Origin: Octopus vulgaris
Lineage: Eukaryota
Direction: 5' to 3'
Length of the DNA stretch: 64,000 bases
NCBI GenBank assembly: GCA_951406725.2
Contig: OX597816.1
Span: 152,830,001 to 152,894,000, forward strand
The position numbers and the translations under genes are program-made. Positions 42,985-59,056 of the stretch are shown one piece after another. Under the pieces are notes generated by a model. That model was not told the DNA's origin. It saw nothing but the letters and a program-made list of their open reading frames with translations, and did not search any database. Each line of letters opens with the position of its first letter. Position 1 is the first letter of the stretch.

Positions 42985-43160
42985 CCGTATTTTAAAATGT
43001 ATAATGAACCCTCGTGTATAAGGAAACCCTTAAGTTGGGGGGCTTAAAATTTGGAAAAAAGTTTTGTAAGGGATTATAATGATATCCGTGTATAAGAAAC
43101 TTCCATATTATTTACCTAATTTTTGACAAAAATGGGTTCCTTATACACATTAAAATACGG
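42985..43160. mobile_element. Tc1/mariner-pogo-type MITE
   Basis: TA|CCGTATTTTAA...TTAAAATACGG|TA: terminal inverted repeats with TA TSD, and an internal repeated cgtgtataag motif. Confidence 0.85.
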
Positions 43161-44134
43161 TACATTATAAATACATACATGGATGCCTAAGTATTAAAAT
43201 ACAAGCATATTCAAATATGTGAACATATTTGTCCTTAAATACAAGAATTACCCATACACAAACGAAGATGTTAAAATATATGCACATGCTGAAATACAAA
43301 CATTCATAAACACAATATGTACGAATATACGATAAATACAGACATATTTAAACATAAATTCGAACACTTATAAGAAGACACGCTTTCAGAAGTATACATA
43401 GATTTGTAGAAGAACACACGCACATACACAAATGCATGTAGATTAAATAGAAACACATACGTAGTGAGACCTACACGTAAACACTCGCATTCATATGCAA
43501 GTACACAAGTTTACAATACACTCACATTCAATACAAGAGCATGCACTTCTTTACAAACAGTTAACTATGCACTCACATAGCCGTCGTTGAATGGACGCCT
43601 TAACTATAACGATCTGAAAGACTGTTCTATGTATTCAACGATAGCAGACGCATTTAATTCCCACATTCTCTCAAATAGATTCACACACACATACACACAC
43701 ACGCACACACACACACAGACTTGCACACATAGAAACGAACATACACGCGCGTGCGCACACACTGGCATGCTCATATCATGCACACACATTCATGAAATAT
43801 GAATATATATATATGTCTTAGTGTGTGCGCGCGCGTGCGTGCATGTGCGTGTGTTTGTGAGAGTGTGCGTATTTATGTTTATGCATGTGTGCAACACAAT
43901 AATTATAAGAGTGTGTATACATTTGTGCGTTCATTTTCATCTTCGTCGTTTGTGCGTGAGTGGCTCGTTTGCAGTCTGAATTGCAAACAGCTAACAACAA
44001 AGACACACACAACCGTAACAAAAGCCCGGCATTATTAACAGCGCATTCACCTCCAGCCCCGACCGACACCATCACCATCACTACCACAGCAACAGCCATC
44101 ACGACAATCAACCCACTATAAACAACAACAGTAA

Positions 44135-44420
<286 letters not shown>

Positions 44421-44781
44421 GTCAGAGTGACGAGTTACTGTATGGTGCACAATAGTTGGGCGTTCTACCAATAAGGGAAGCAATGAACCAAACCATGGTT
44501 ACTGTGCTTACCAGTTTCTCATTTTATTTTTGTTGCGTTTTATTTTTTCACACTTTATGCATACATTCCGTGTGTATGATATATATATATATATATATAA
44601 CAACAATAACACTAAACTACTACTGCTACTACATGTGTATATGAACTCATACATACTTATGTTTATAGATATACATACGCGTATTTATTCATACACTCAT
44701 ACATATATACAAACAAACATACATATGTCTGTGTGTGTTTGTGTATATATATGCATATTGGATATAATAGGTTAAAGGCTA

Positions 44782-44863
<82 letters not shown>

Positions 44864-44885
44864 GTATACACACAATATATATATA

Positions 44886-44948
<63 letters not shown>

Positions 44949-45105
44949 GTGTGTGTCTGTGTGTGTTATATTGAGAGACAGGTGAAATAATGTTGATATT
45001 TTGTGTGGTATTGTTTTAAAGGTGTTACTGGCAAACAACTATGTAAGTGATGCTGGGAATGGTAGTGATATTGCCGTATATATATATGCGCACGCACACA
45101 CACAA

Positions 45106-45175
<70 letters not shown>

Positions 45176-45351
45176 ACACACCCGTGCATATATACGACAC
45201 ATAGAGGTGCGTGCTTGAATATTGTTTGTAAATGTATGTATGAGGACGTATTATGCGTATTAGTTCCCTGATCGTAGAGTCTCTATATATTCCTGCTTAC
45301 CGTTGATTGATGAGTACGTAATACATATATGCCATAAATGCCATAGTTTGC

Positions 45352-45384
<33 letters not shown>

Positions 45385-45489
45385 TGTATGTATGTATGTA
45401 TGTATGTATGTATGTATGTATGTATGTATGTATGTATGTATGTATGTTTGGACCGATGGATGGATGACGTATATATACAAATTATATAT

Positions 45490-45670
45490 ATAAAACGAAA
45501 CGTAGAGTAGATGAAACCATAGCGACTGAAGAAGGGTTTTTTTCTTTGTGTTAATTGTCCTGTACTCTATTTTTTTTGTTGTTTAAAAAAATGTCCAGTT
45601 CCTTGGGTTTATGTCTATGTTTTCGTTTCTCATTGTGTTCGACGTCTTTTTGGTGTCCTGTACTCATATA
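45490..45670 (+). repeat. Dispersed repeat (Penelope-like terminus), related copy on minus at 52620-52800
   Basis: Both contain actga(a)gaaggg...tgtcc.gtact and end in gtcctgtac next to TA-rich repeats. Confidence 0.5.
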
Positions 45671-45739
45671 TGCGTGTATATGTACATGTAGAGGTAGGTA
45701 CGTACATATATGTTTATATATATGCATATGTTTTATTTA

Positions 45740-45818
<79 letters not shown>

Positions 45819-46324
45819 TAAATATGAGAGAGCGCGAGAGTAGGGAGGGAATGTGTATGCGTGTGTGCGCGCGTGCGTGCATGTGTGTGTTTACATCCGC
45901 GTACACATCTTTATATATGTATTAAAATGAATATGTATGTGTGTGTATGTGTGTGTGGGCGTGCGCGTGTGTGCATGTGTATTTGTATACTCACAGCACA
46001 TTTGCGCATATGCTATACACAGATATGCATATATATATATGTCAGTGTGTGTGTGCGCGCGTGTGTGTATGTACATACACATACATGTATGTATGAACGT
46101 ATCTATGTATGTATTATTTATGTATTTAAGTATAAAACATATATGAATATAGGCACATGAAAACACAATTTGATTGGTATTTCAAGTAGGTTAAGTAAAC
46201 GATTTTTGATAAGTCAGTACTTGCAATAAATTTTTGTAGTTCATCATTGATCATTTTTTCTTCTGGCTTGTTTTAGTACGTTTCGTTAAAATTTTACATC
46301 TTTATTGCTTGTATTATCATAACG

Positions 46325-46381
<57 letters not shown>

Positions 46382-46389
46382 CGCTGCTG

Positions 46390-46449
<60 letters not shown>

Positions 46450-46949
46450 CTATTTTATATATATGAAAGCACGATGTTGGGAAAACTTTTTGGGTATCGT
46501 TTATTCACCATTACACATGTTTCATTTGCTAACAGGAATTACAAAATTATGCATATTGAATAAGCCTGTAAGAAATTTCCTGATAGAAAATCTGTAGACA
46601 GAGAATCAAACAATATTATAATGTGTTATATGAGATAGAATTACACTATAAACATAATCAATGTAAAAACTAACAGATTACGTATAACAAAATATAAGCG
46701 CCACACTGAATATCAACATTAAATTTGCCAATAGCATTTCACTACACATAAAAATAATTCAAATTTCACGACACGCATACAATATTTTAGAAAATGAATA
46801 TCCCCAAATAGTGAGAAACTTTAAGGGACAAAAATTATATAAAAAAGAACCACTCGTGGAAATTACCCAAGGCACCTACCACTTTTGGCATATAAAGCGA
46901 TCTTTTTTCTCATTTCCTCTTGTCAAACGTAGCTTTGCTTAGAATATGC

Positions 46950-47160
46950 AGTGTAATTGCATGTGGTCTAGGGGTCAACTTGGAAGCAGAGTCAGCTGCT
47001 TAACGAGACCGCAGGTCACTAGATATAGATACGATAGCCATCAGCGAGACTAGTGTTTTAGATACAAGCCTTTATGTCTGTTTTCAGTGCATGCGAGAGT
47101 TCCAGGACTCCTCACAGTGGAAGATGCGCCTGGACCGATGGAGTGTTTCAAATGGTGAAT
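46950..47160 (+). mobile_element. L1/Tx1 endonuclease N-terminal fragment
   Basis: ACGL...WKQSQLL...RSLDIDTIAISET resembles the APE N-terminus. Confidence 0.55.
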
Positions 47161-47665
47161 AAGGCGATAAAAGTATAAACATGTAAAAGTGAATAAAATA
47201 TCGCAAAATTCCGGTTTCTTTTGGGTATCCCTTCGTGTAAAAGTTATAAAATAAAAACAAAAGTCTTTGGTACATACGTGATGTAAAATGTTTTTGATAT
47301 AAACATAACATTAAAGTGTAATATGAAAATATATAACATTGAAAACATACAATAGTACACTGAATGTTTGGGTTTATAGTGATATGAATATACTTTAAAT
47401 TTAATGTAAAACAAACATTTTGGGTACATGCCAATTCTTAGTTAAAGTGAGACGACTCTTTACAGTATGCATGCAGTACTAGTTGTTATTACTTTTTAAA
47501 TTTCTCAGAAATATGGTTCTTTTTGGTATGTTGCTAAGTTCGTTACCATACCCATATTTATCACGCCTTTAATGCATCTATGATGGCTTTAAAAGAAAAT
47601 TAATCTTTTATTCATATAGCTGGTGGTATATCAATTAATTTGCAGGTCTTATCTTTATTGTTCTC

Positions 47666-48087
47666 AACCATGCATCACAACCATATGTGCGCGACATAGT
47701 GATCTCATATCAAAATAAACAGCGCATGACCTTGCAGGTGTTGGTGCTGGGGGCAGTTAGAATTTTCTTCAGGTCGAGTAGCCCATCCCGCTCAAAAGGT
47801 ATCTGAATAAGGGTCGTTTAAAGATGTTTAATGAAACATTCATGTTTCCAAAGGTGAATTATTCAAACCTCAAAGAATTCCTCTAAACACATGGCTATGA
47901 TGCTCCCCCACTACTGCTTGTGAACAGAGATACACATACCGTCAGCTACTAAGGGACATGATCAACTGGTTAAGGTCAAATAACTGACAAGCTAATCTAT
48001 GGTATTGAGCAGAATAATTGCTGTAGCCCATCTTTTATGCTAAAACAAAACAATGTACATGATAACAATTCCAATCAGTTAAGATCA
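47666..48087 (-). mobile_element. Fourth copy of the ~0.5-kb TAA-associated repeat
   Basis: Matches 31226-31719 and directly abuts the 3' end of the second Dong-type LINE. Confidence 0.85.
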
Positions 48088-48089
48088 TT

Positions 48090-49530
48090 ATTATTAGTGT
48101 TTCTTCGTAACACAGTGTAGGTAAAAATTCACCGGAGTCTTTACTCATCTTTCAAGTTAGAACAAGGACCTCAAATAGATAATATTATCCTTATGATATG
48201 CACTGTGCCCAATAAGGTTGCTTTGTGCAAGACATCAATTTTGCATGGGATTTCCATTTGCCTTAAGAAGTCTTGAAGTTTCAATGGGATTGTGCCGAAC
48301 GTTCCGATCACCACTGATATCGCTTTTTACTCTCACGCATTCCATACAGTATTGTAATTTCCACTTTCAATTCGGAGTACTTGGTTTTTTCAACCTCTTT
48401 ACTCACAACATTCATGTCATTTGATATGGCTACATCAATGATCTGATAGTATTTGTCTCCGTTTTTCAATATGACAATATCCGGCCGAGGGTGTTCGACT
48501 ACACGATCCGTCTGAAAATCATCGTCCTGGAGTATCGTTACTTTTCCATCCTCCTGCATAACTTTACTTGGTACATGCTCATAACAGTTCTATGCTACTT
48601 CATATTGGTATTTACAGGACAAGAGCCAATGAAGATACACACACACTTTATCGTGGCAGCCCTTGTATTTTTTTTTTTGTGCAAGGCTTTCACATCCACT
48701 TACCAAGTGGGTCACATTTTCCACACTCTTTCCACAGAGTCTGCATTTCTGGGTGTCAGAAGTTTTATAGATGTTATAGATGTTATACTTCACTGATTTG
48801 GTAGCAAGAGCCTGGCCTTGTGTAGCTTTCGTTGGTGCGCTTCAAATTACCTCTCTCATGCTATGCCCACGATGCCATATTGTCCTTAACGTCCTGTGTA
48901 TTCCTTTCAAACTGTCCATGCATTCTCATCTCAAGAAGGTCTCCTTTCCTCTTCTCCTCAGCTCTTTGGTTAAACTCTTCGCTGCCCATCATTTCATCTG
49001 CATTTACACCCATATCTTTCGCAGCATATTGCAGTAGGTCTTCATCACTATTTATCAAATACTCGGTAAGCGTTTTCCTTTCACTCTTTATACAATGGTC
49101 TGTACTAATTAGTCCTCTGCCACCATTCTTTCTTTTCATATACAGTCTGTTTATGTTTGCTTTAGTGTGTAGCGCCCCATGCGGCGTCATCAACTTTCTT
49201 GCCCTTCTATCCAGTGTTGATATTTCCTCCTTAGTCCATTTGAGGATGAACGCACTATATCTGACCACCGCAACTGCCCAGATATTCATTGCGGTAATCA
49301 AATTTTTGGTATTCAGGTGGGATTTCAACACCATCTTCACCACTTTTTGATACGCCTCGCTGACCTTGACTTTCATTTCTCTGTGTAGAATGTCATCCGG
49401 CTCCAAAATCCTTATATATCTATACCAACTAACGCTGGGTTCACTCATGGTCTCTCCTGGTGGTAATCGCAATCCACTGCAGACTGCTTTCTTGCCTTTT
49501 TTTATATTAAGCACTGAGCATAGTAATAGT
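48090..49530 (-). mobile_element. Second 5'-truncated R4/Dong-type retrotransposon
   Basis: NIWAVAVVRYSA; LHTKANINRLYMKRKNGGRGL; CRLCGKSVENVTHLVSGC (CCHC); PRPDIVI...IIDVA...KYSEL. TAA repeats at the 3' end. Confidence 0.92.
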
Positions 49531-49626
49531 AACGGAGAAAACAAGTCACCTAGGAAGATGCTCCTTTTAATATTAATTTTTCCAAGGAATTATAATAATG
49601 ATAATAATAATAATAATAATAATAAT

Positions 49627-49945
<319 letters not shown>

Positions 49946-50269
49946 ATTATTATCATTATTATTGTTGTTGTTGTTGTTGATGGTGTTATTGTTGCTAATT
50001 GTAGGGAAGTGGAATGCAAAATAATTTGCGGTAATTATACCATTAGTGCCAACTATGCTCCGTATCTTTATTCCGGGGCTGTTAAAAATATAGTACTACT
50101 CATGTAGAGAGATCGATAAAAAAAGACTATATCCTTCCCACTGTAGATAGAAATTGTACGACAGAAAGAAAGATTGGTCCATGGGACTAGTGTTCTTCTC
50201 CGTAGATCTGCTCATTCATGACAGAAATTAGGACTAAACAACAATGACGAAATATGTAGCACAGGTGAA

Positions 50270-50770
50270 ACCTAATGCATCTTAGATCAATCGAAAGCTA
50301 TTGATTGGGTCAACCCCTAATACTCGATGGCTCTTCTCAAAGCAATCCATGTCGGACTCGTCATCATGCCTGGGTAGGCTCAATGCACAGCGTCATCTGC
50401 TCGATGGTTAAGGTGAATGACCATCTAACGAAATCATTCAGTAGCATGCACCCGCCTAATGTCCAAGTATTGTTGACTGTGGAGATATGTCGAACAACTG
50501 CTATGACATGTAGAACAGATCCGGCTATCATCTGAGTCTATTGTAAAGATTTTCTCTGTCAGAAAGATAGTAATTTTACTTCTAATAGTTTTGGCGGAAG
50601 ACATACCTTCCTCTTTGGCCAAGCTCACATCAATTTCTGGTGAAGAGGGAAGTGCTGCCTCGCACAAATTTGTTGAAAGGTTATTGAGAACTGTGATATA
50701 GCCCAAGTGAATAGACATGCGCCTATAGATTGATGGAGAACAACTGAGAAAAGAAAAGGTACCTGACTCA
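50270..50770 (+). mobile_element. L1/Tx1 fragments
   Basis: WVGSMHSVICSMVKVNDHLTKSF resembles L1 RT domain 4. Confidence 0.5.
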
Positions 50771-51142
50771 TTGGTCAGGCTGCCGTGTATTATATATATA
50801 TATTCTATTTTCTGTGAGTAGCTCTCAGAAGTCTTTCCCTTTGGATCATTTTCTTAGAATGTTATTTTATCGTTATTTATATTTCTCTTGCTTACAGTTT
50901 TCTATGTAATCCCACGCTGTGTTGTCCTGTACTGTCTTCAATTGTTTCGTAATGTTGGCATACACAAAAAGTAATATTCACATAAATACATACATGGATA
51001 TATGCATACATACATGCATGCCTGCATGCATACATACGTACATACATGCATATATATGTATATATGTGTGTGTGTGTGCATGCGCGCGCACGCACACACA
51101 CACACACACATTAGTATCATTGATGTTGATACTTCAGTTGTC

Positions 51143-51192
<50 letters not shown>

Positions 51193-51319
51193 TATCATTA
51201 TTTTCATTTAGTCTGATAAAATCTCCATCTATGTATATCGATTGTGTCTGCGTATGCGGCTATGAATGTCTTCGTATATGTTAGCCTGTCTGTGCATATT
51301 GCATACACACACGCACACG

Positions 51320-51358
<39 letters not shown>

Positions 51359-52025
51359 TCACACACACACATACACACAGACATATGCTTTTTGTTCTTT
51401 TAAGTGCATTATATTATGGGTTGGGTATACTATTATTAGTATATATATAAATATATAAATAAATAAATAAATAAATAAATATATGTATGTGCGCGCGCGC
51501 ACACACACACACACACGTATACACATTGATGCATAGATACATAGGTACATGCATATATGTATATATTGAAAGGAAAAGAGAGACAGAGACAGAGACAAGG
51601 AGAAAGCGACATGTAAGTATGTGTGCGCAGGTCCATTAGTAAGACGGCTTGCAACGAGCTTTAGCATTTTAATGGAAACGAACGGAGGGGAAAAAACTGA
51701 ATTTTTATACCCATTAGAGTCCGAATATGATGAAAAGAAAGCAACGAGTTAATAAACATCCTTGGAAAACTACATAGAACAACAACAGTGTGATATAATG
51801 GTAATGTAGTGTGTATTATGTATCATTGTCTTAATGATTCAATAATCAGGAGATTGTAATTTCTGCCACTTTTAATATTATGGTGATACGGTAGAGGAAG
51901 GAAATAGAACTCTCCCTGCTCCGTACGAACGTCTTACATCTTTTGAAAAAGAAAAGAAAAGGTTGAGTTATGACGTTGTTGAATGGCGCTGCTCTCTTTC
52001 GCTTACAACAACAACAGCAACAACA

Positions 52026-52107
<82 letters not shown>

Positions 52108-52907
52108 ATTTGTTTGTTCTTTGAGTGTTGCTTCTAATACATAGCAACGGCAGACATATTGATTTGCAACATAGGCACAAGACCAACGATTGGCGGGTTG
52201 TAGGTAGTCGATCGAATTGACAGACTCATGCATATCGACTTTGGGTGTGATGCTTATTTTATCCCCATCTTTTGCCGAACTGCTAAGTTAATTCTTTTCC
52301 TTTCACATAAACGGGCGCAACTCAACACACTGAGTTTACATCAGCGTACACACAAAACACACAAAACACACAAACATGCACAGGCAAAAGCACGCTCACG
52401 CAAAACAGCACACACGCACACATGCTAACATACACACACACACACACACATTCACATGTATATAGGAACACGTACAGGATGAGTTTTTGAAAGTCGTATA
52501 AAACTTCTAATCACTTGATTGTTTGGCGAACTTATTAACCAAGCAACTATATCTGTATCACACTACTTACTTCATTTTATTGAATCCAGTATATATATAT
52601 ATATATATATAAACACATTAAGTACAGGACTCACCAGCGAGAAACACGAGAGTAGAGGACAAAATACCCATGAAATACACAATAAGAAAAGGATATCACC
52701 AACGAGTGAAAAATACGTAAACACACAACGAGAGACAAGTACGGGACAAAATACCAAAAGAAGTCTAACCCCTTCTCAGTTGTCGACTGTTAATTATTCC
52801 CAATTTTGAGCTTTCAACGACAAGACAAGAAAACTTCATAAGACAGCAGTATCCAGAAATTTTATAAATATAAAATTTGTGGAGTGTTAGGGCATCGAAA
52901 GAAGAAT

Positions 52908-53207
52908 CAGCAACAGATTGGACGTACAGTGTAAACAATCGACGAAGATAAACATTAAGGGTCGTTAGGCCAAGATGCATTGCAATGGGTAACGCTTGGG
53001 AGAAACTTTGAAAGGATCTATCTTTTCTCGACGCGACGTCATTTCTCTCGCCTCCCGACATTTTCCCTCTTCTACTATTTTCTTCTATTTATTCTATATC
53101 CTTTCAAAATTTCCCCCAGGCGTTACCCATTACAATGCGTCTTGGCCTAATGGCCCTTTATGTTTGTCTTCATTGATTGTTTACTCTGTACGTCCACTCT
53201 GTTGCTG
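52908..53207. repeat. Inverted repeat, ~110-bp arms, 80-bp spacer
   Basis: 52908-53017 and 53098-53207 are diverged reverse complements. Confidence 0.85.
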
Positions 53208-53782
53208 TTGAACAAAACCCACGTCAAAATGTCATAGAAATGTCTCAAGCACTTGGTATCGGTATTGCAACGGTCTCACGCAATCAGCAGAAGACTGGTA
53301 AGGTGAAAATGCTCGATAAATGGGTACCACATGAGCTCAATGAAAATCAAAAGTTCGGCGTTTTGAAGTGTGCTCGATGTTCTTTCTGCGAAATACCAAT
53401 GATACTTTTCTTGACCGAATAGTCACATGTGAGGAAAAGTGGATCCTTTATGATAACCGTAAACGATCAGCCAAAGTTGCATCAGCAAAAGATTATGGTG
53501 ACTGTCTACTGGTCTGCAATTGGTGTTGTTCATTACAGCTTTCTGGAAGCCAATCAGAGCATTACAGCAGAGGTTTACTGCACTCAACTCGCTGAAATGC
53601 ATGCTCACTTGCAAAAAACGAGACCTGCATTGGTGAATCGGCGTGACCAAATTCTGCCCCACGATTATGCAAAGCCTCATGTTGCAAGAAAGATACTGCA
53701 ATAACTCACAAACTTGGGATACGAGACTTTACCACATCTTCCATATTCTCCTGATCTTTTACCCCCCTGACTACCATTTTTC
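53204..53782 (+). pseudogene. Mariner transposase remnant
   Basis: WVPHEL, FLDRIVTCEEKWILYDN, HDYAKPH and HLPYSPDL..DYHF motifs, with frameshifts and a stop. Confidence 0.93.
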
Positions 53783-53819
53783 TATCCTTACGCCTCCAAT
53801 ATCGTAGTACGGTTGATAT

Positions 53820-54043
53820 TGTCGACGATAGATAAAGAATACACTGTAACAGTGTTATAACAATACAAAATAGAAACAACGGCAATAAGAAGCACGTAAC
53901 GAACCAACATTCAATATTTCCAACGCACTAACTCGAACTGTAAACTGTACCTTGACTAGGAACTGCTGACTACGTCAGAACGCTACTATTTCTATGTGGT
54001 GGTCCCGTCTATTCTCGTCAGAGGATGTCGTACTCTCGTCACA
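53820..54043 (-). mobile_element. Probable solo LTR
   Basis: TG...CA ends with a short inverted repeat. The minus-strand start tgtgacgag resembles the LTR start at 61656. Left boundary uncertain, no TSD confirmed. Confidence 0.45.
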
Positions 54044-54894
54044 ACAGTTATAGTGTTTTTAATACATTTGGAGAAGGTCATTTGCTTAGATGATGCAGTT
54101 TTCGTTTAGTAATGAACATTTGTAAAAAATTGTTTCTCAAAGTGCCTCACCACTCTTTACTGGGAACAGGAAAAGCAGACTTTTGGAACAGGGAATAGCT
54201 GTTCCGTATATGTTGGAATTTCCTCGTTTTTGTCAGGGTTTTCCTTTTTTCAACGAGGGGAATAGGTATTTTAAAGTAAAAAAATTTTAAATCCATGTCT
54301 TTTAAATGGTTCTTTACACCCCACTAATCATGGCTTTGGAACAGCAACAATCTCTAAAATTACATATATATATATTTTCATAATTTTCTGGGTTTTTTTT
54401 TTATCGTATTCTACATACTCAACCATTTGTACGCATTAGAGTAAAAAAAATCTTACACCTCTTTCCTTCTGCATTGCAGTCAAACACTGCAAAGTGGATG
54501 CGTGAGAAAAAAAATTTAAATTTTGAAATGTGTATCTATAAATAGACGTTTTCAGTCATTTATTTACACTTTCTCTGCTAACTCGTCAAATTCAATTACA
54601 TGCGATAGATTTTTGAGATTTAAATTTGCTAATTTTCCAAGATTTTAATTCTTGTGAATGAGGATGGTGGGGGAGGGGGGGCACCGAAGTCGAAGTGTGC
54701 CGGGGGCGGAATTTTTTTCCTGCGAATGTATATATATATATGCATATATGGGTACTGGACATCACAAAATGTAAGCAACATCAAGAACGAAAACAAATGA
54801 AATACGAAATACGAAAACAACATGACCTACGTATTTCATGTTGTTTTCGTACTTCATTTTATTTACGTTTTGTGACGTTCTGTATCCATATATG

Positions 54895-54954
<60 letters not shown>

Positions 54955-55061
54955 TAATGCATATATATATATATGTACATTTATGTATATATATATATAT
55001 GCATATATATAAATATAATTTATATTATATATATATATGTATGTATGTATATATATATATA

Positions 55062-55426
<365 letters not shown>

Positions 55427-55432
<6 letters not shown>

Positions 55433-55547
55433 TATATAGAAGGAGTTCTACAGGACTAGAACTGTTTCATTCAAGAGAAATCTTCAGGAAGATTCCTCTT
55501 GAATGAAACAGTTCTAGTCCTGTAGAAGCTCCTTCTATATAATAAAT
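55427..55547. repeat. Near-perfect ~120-bp palindrome with hammerhead-like core
   Basis: ~59-bp arms, 2-nt centre, one mismatch and one indel. Minus strand reads CTGAAGA...GAAAC...GTC. Confidence 0.88.
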
Positions 55548-55613
55548 TAATTTTACTCTGCTATGTATTGAGTACCTTATTTACTGTGGTTAACCCCGAA
55601 TCAACCCGGGACC

Positions 55614-55673
<60 letters not shown>

Positions 55674-56567
55674 AATTAATAATAGAAGGGTAAAATTTCT
55701 TAATTAAATTAATTAATTAATTAATCAATTAATTAACAATTTTACCAAGTAGATTTATTTTAAGCTTATATATATATACATATATATATCTTGTCAGAAG
55801 GAACGGTATCGAATATCGTTCTCGTCGTTACTATTCTATCTTTTGTTGGTATTCCCTCATCAAGTCACCTTATCAGATCTCACACTAATCTCATGATGAC
55901 GGTCCTTTGGAATTCCCTCTTTCACAGATGTTGACTTGTAAAGGTTTTAAGAGCAGCATTAATGATTTCAATGTCACTACTCTGAGAAGGTCAAAGTCAC
56001 TATCTCATTCTTCAGACCCAGCATATAAAAGATAAAATTGTAAATAATTGTGCTTATGTAGCTTTTCGTTTGCTATAATTTTTGCTATATGTGTTACTAC
56101 ATATATTACAGAATATGGTTTGTGATTATAGCTAGCGCAATTTACATTTTGTTTTTATATTTTGAAAAAATACTTTAATCCGCGACTAATTATATTTTAC
56201 ATTTGACTTTATTCCCCGGTTGAAAAAAGTTTTCTTATTCTGCTTTTGTGTTATTTTATGTATATTGTTGTTATGCTTTATTTCTGCTTGGTATTTATTC
56301 TTTCTAATTGAGTGCAATGCTATAAAACTCAGCAGAACGTAACGATTGAAGTTTTTAAAAAGCAATAAAATCAACACAAAATGTTTAATAGTAGATGACT
56401 ATGCAGAACTTGACTTCGGATCATGCCAGTTGTTGTTTTTGTTGCGGCTGTTATTGTTGTTGTTGCCGTTTGGGTCAAGTGAGGCCTGGTGGAATAGTTA
56501 TCTGATCAAGGTCATTCCAACTACGATTTTCCCCATCTATTTTCAAAAACAGACTATCTTGAAATAT

Positions 56568-56606
<39 letters not shown>

Positions 56607-56608
56607 GC

Positions 56609-56656
<48 letters not shown>

Positions 56657-57176
56657 TTAATAAGGGTGAGAGAATTAGATACTAATTTAATAGTATATCT
56701 ATTCAACACCAAGTGGCCTAGTGCTCCGAGAAACCTGGATTATTATAATATTTTATAATATATTATAATATTTTTACAAAATAAATATAAGAGAGTATAA
56801 ATGCTGTATTTGTTTTCCGTGAAAGTTTGGCGCGCTGTTAGTTGGGGCATTTGAATTATAACGTCGGATGTAATCAATTGAACCACACGCGTATTTATCG
56901 TTATGGTAAAATCTGGCGTGTGATTGAGTGGATTTCATCCAGATAGTCTTGGCTGAAGAGCTACAAGTGGATTTTATTGTAAGTAAAATTACATTTAATT
57001 CATTAATAGCGAAACAATTGTCCCAAAATAATCTGTATTTTGTTATTTTTTATTTGCCCTGTCCGTGTGAGCTAACAATCGTACTGACTTTCATGGGAAA
57101 CATGTATTTTTGTGGTTGAAACCTTTTGGATTAACTGGTGCTAGAGTGAGCCATATAGTGACCACTCTCTTATATT

Positions 57177-57245
<69 letters not shown>

Positions 57246-58454
57246 GAGTGATAGAGTGGGATGTTGGAGGAATAATGACGGGGAGGTAGTGAGTGTTTTA
57301 TTTAAGCTTTTGTATAATATGATTGCAAAAACATATAAAAAATATATTGATGATGACAGTGATGTGGAAAAGGTGAAGCGGACGGTAGATGTGTACTATT
57401 GTTGTTGTTATTACTACTGTATTAGCTATGTGATGGTGATACTGGTGGAGACAAACAGCTGATTGGAATGATTGAAATTGACGGAGGAGTAGGTGCAGCT
57501 GAGACTGCTACAGAAAGTAATATTGATATTGCTGGCAATGATAATATTGATGGTACCATTGTTCAGGACCAAGTCGGCTCTCATGGACAAAACGCATTCC
57601 GGCTGTGACGGTCTCACCATTTTCTTTCGAGAAGGTACATTTTTCAGAGTGTTGTTCTTCCTCGTTTTGAAGATGATAGTGTATATGATCTGAGGTCGAT
57701 TTGGTTGCTATTTATAGCAGGTCGTGCTTGTGTTTGTAGTACTGATGTTAATGTTTGTAGTGGTGCTGGTGGCTGTGATGTTGTTGCTGCTGCTGCTGCT
57801 GCTGTTGGAGTTGTTTAATCCCAGGTCAGCTCTGATCGAGCAGGCATCTAATTGAAAGCATTACCTTTTTGAACATCTCATCTTTTATTCAGTCACAGTT
57901 TATCTAAGATTATATTAAGCAATGTGTCCCTCACCAGAAAGACTGCGGAGTATAATTTGAGGAAGATTTGGCTGCTATTTCTCGCAAGATGAGCTCCCGC
58001 GTGCAGGCTTCCACTTGACTCATTGCGTTGGTAGGGTAGCGGTGTTGATGTAGTATAGGTGATGTAGCGGTGGTGTTGCGATGGTAGTGGTGTTGTGGCG
58101 ATCGTAGTGGTGTTTGCGTGTTGGTAAGGTTAATGCAATAGTGATGTTGGGGGTGCCGGTGTTATCGCAGTACGTGCCGTAATTAACAATATTGCTTTTT
58201 AGTTATTAATTAGCAAAGCAGATTCAGTTTTCCCTCTTCCTTTCCCTTGTCGTTACTGGGCCCTGTCCCCTTAATTACACATTCGATGCTCTGTCTGATC
58301 TGCTTCGTTGCCTGTCTTTATGAACATACACATACGTATACATGAATGCTTTTATACGTATATGCATATGACTATAATGAGTGAGTGTGCGCGTGCGTAC
58401 GTATGTGTGTATGCGTCCACGCGCGCGTGTATAGCGTGTGTATATATATATACC

Positions 58455-58531
<77 letters not shown>

Positions 58532-58605
58532 CAGACAAAGAATGAGATAGATAAACACATAATTACACACACACACACACAAACATACACATATATTCCT
58601 GTGTG

Positions 58606-58646
<41 letters not shown>

Positions 58647-58769
58647 AGCAGATATTCGAATTTTTATTGACACGGTATACACACTCGTACGCCACAATAC
58701 ACATACCCCTACACACACATAATTGCATCAATATGCAATTGTGTAAATATGCATACATTTTTACATAGC

Positions 58770-58816
58770 ATCATACAATACATACATACATACACACACA
58801 TACATACATACACACA

Positions 58817-58850
<34 letters not shown>

Positions 58851-59021
58851 CATACATACATGCATACATATATACATGCATGCATGCATGCATACATGCA
58901 TACATACTTACATGCATACATGCATACATACATACATACATACATACATTCATACATACATACTTACATACATACATACATACATACGTACGTACGTACG
59001 TACGTACATACATACATACAT

Positions 59022-59056
<35 letters not shown>

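Noticed and set aside
50607-50745. Minus-strand segment with a good acceptor and donor
   Set aside because: Overlaps apparent plus-strand L1/Tx1 remnants. Exonisation is possible but unsupported.
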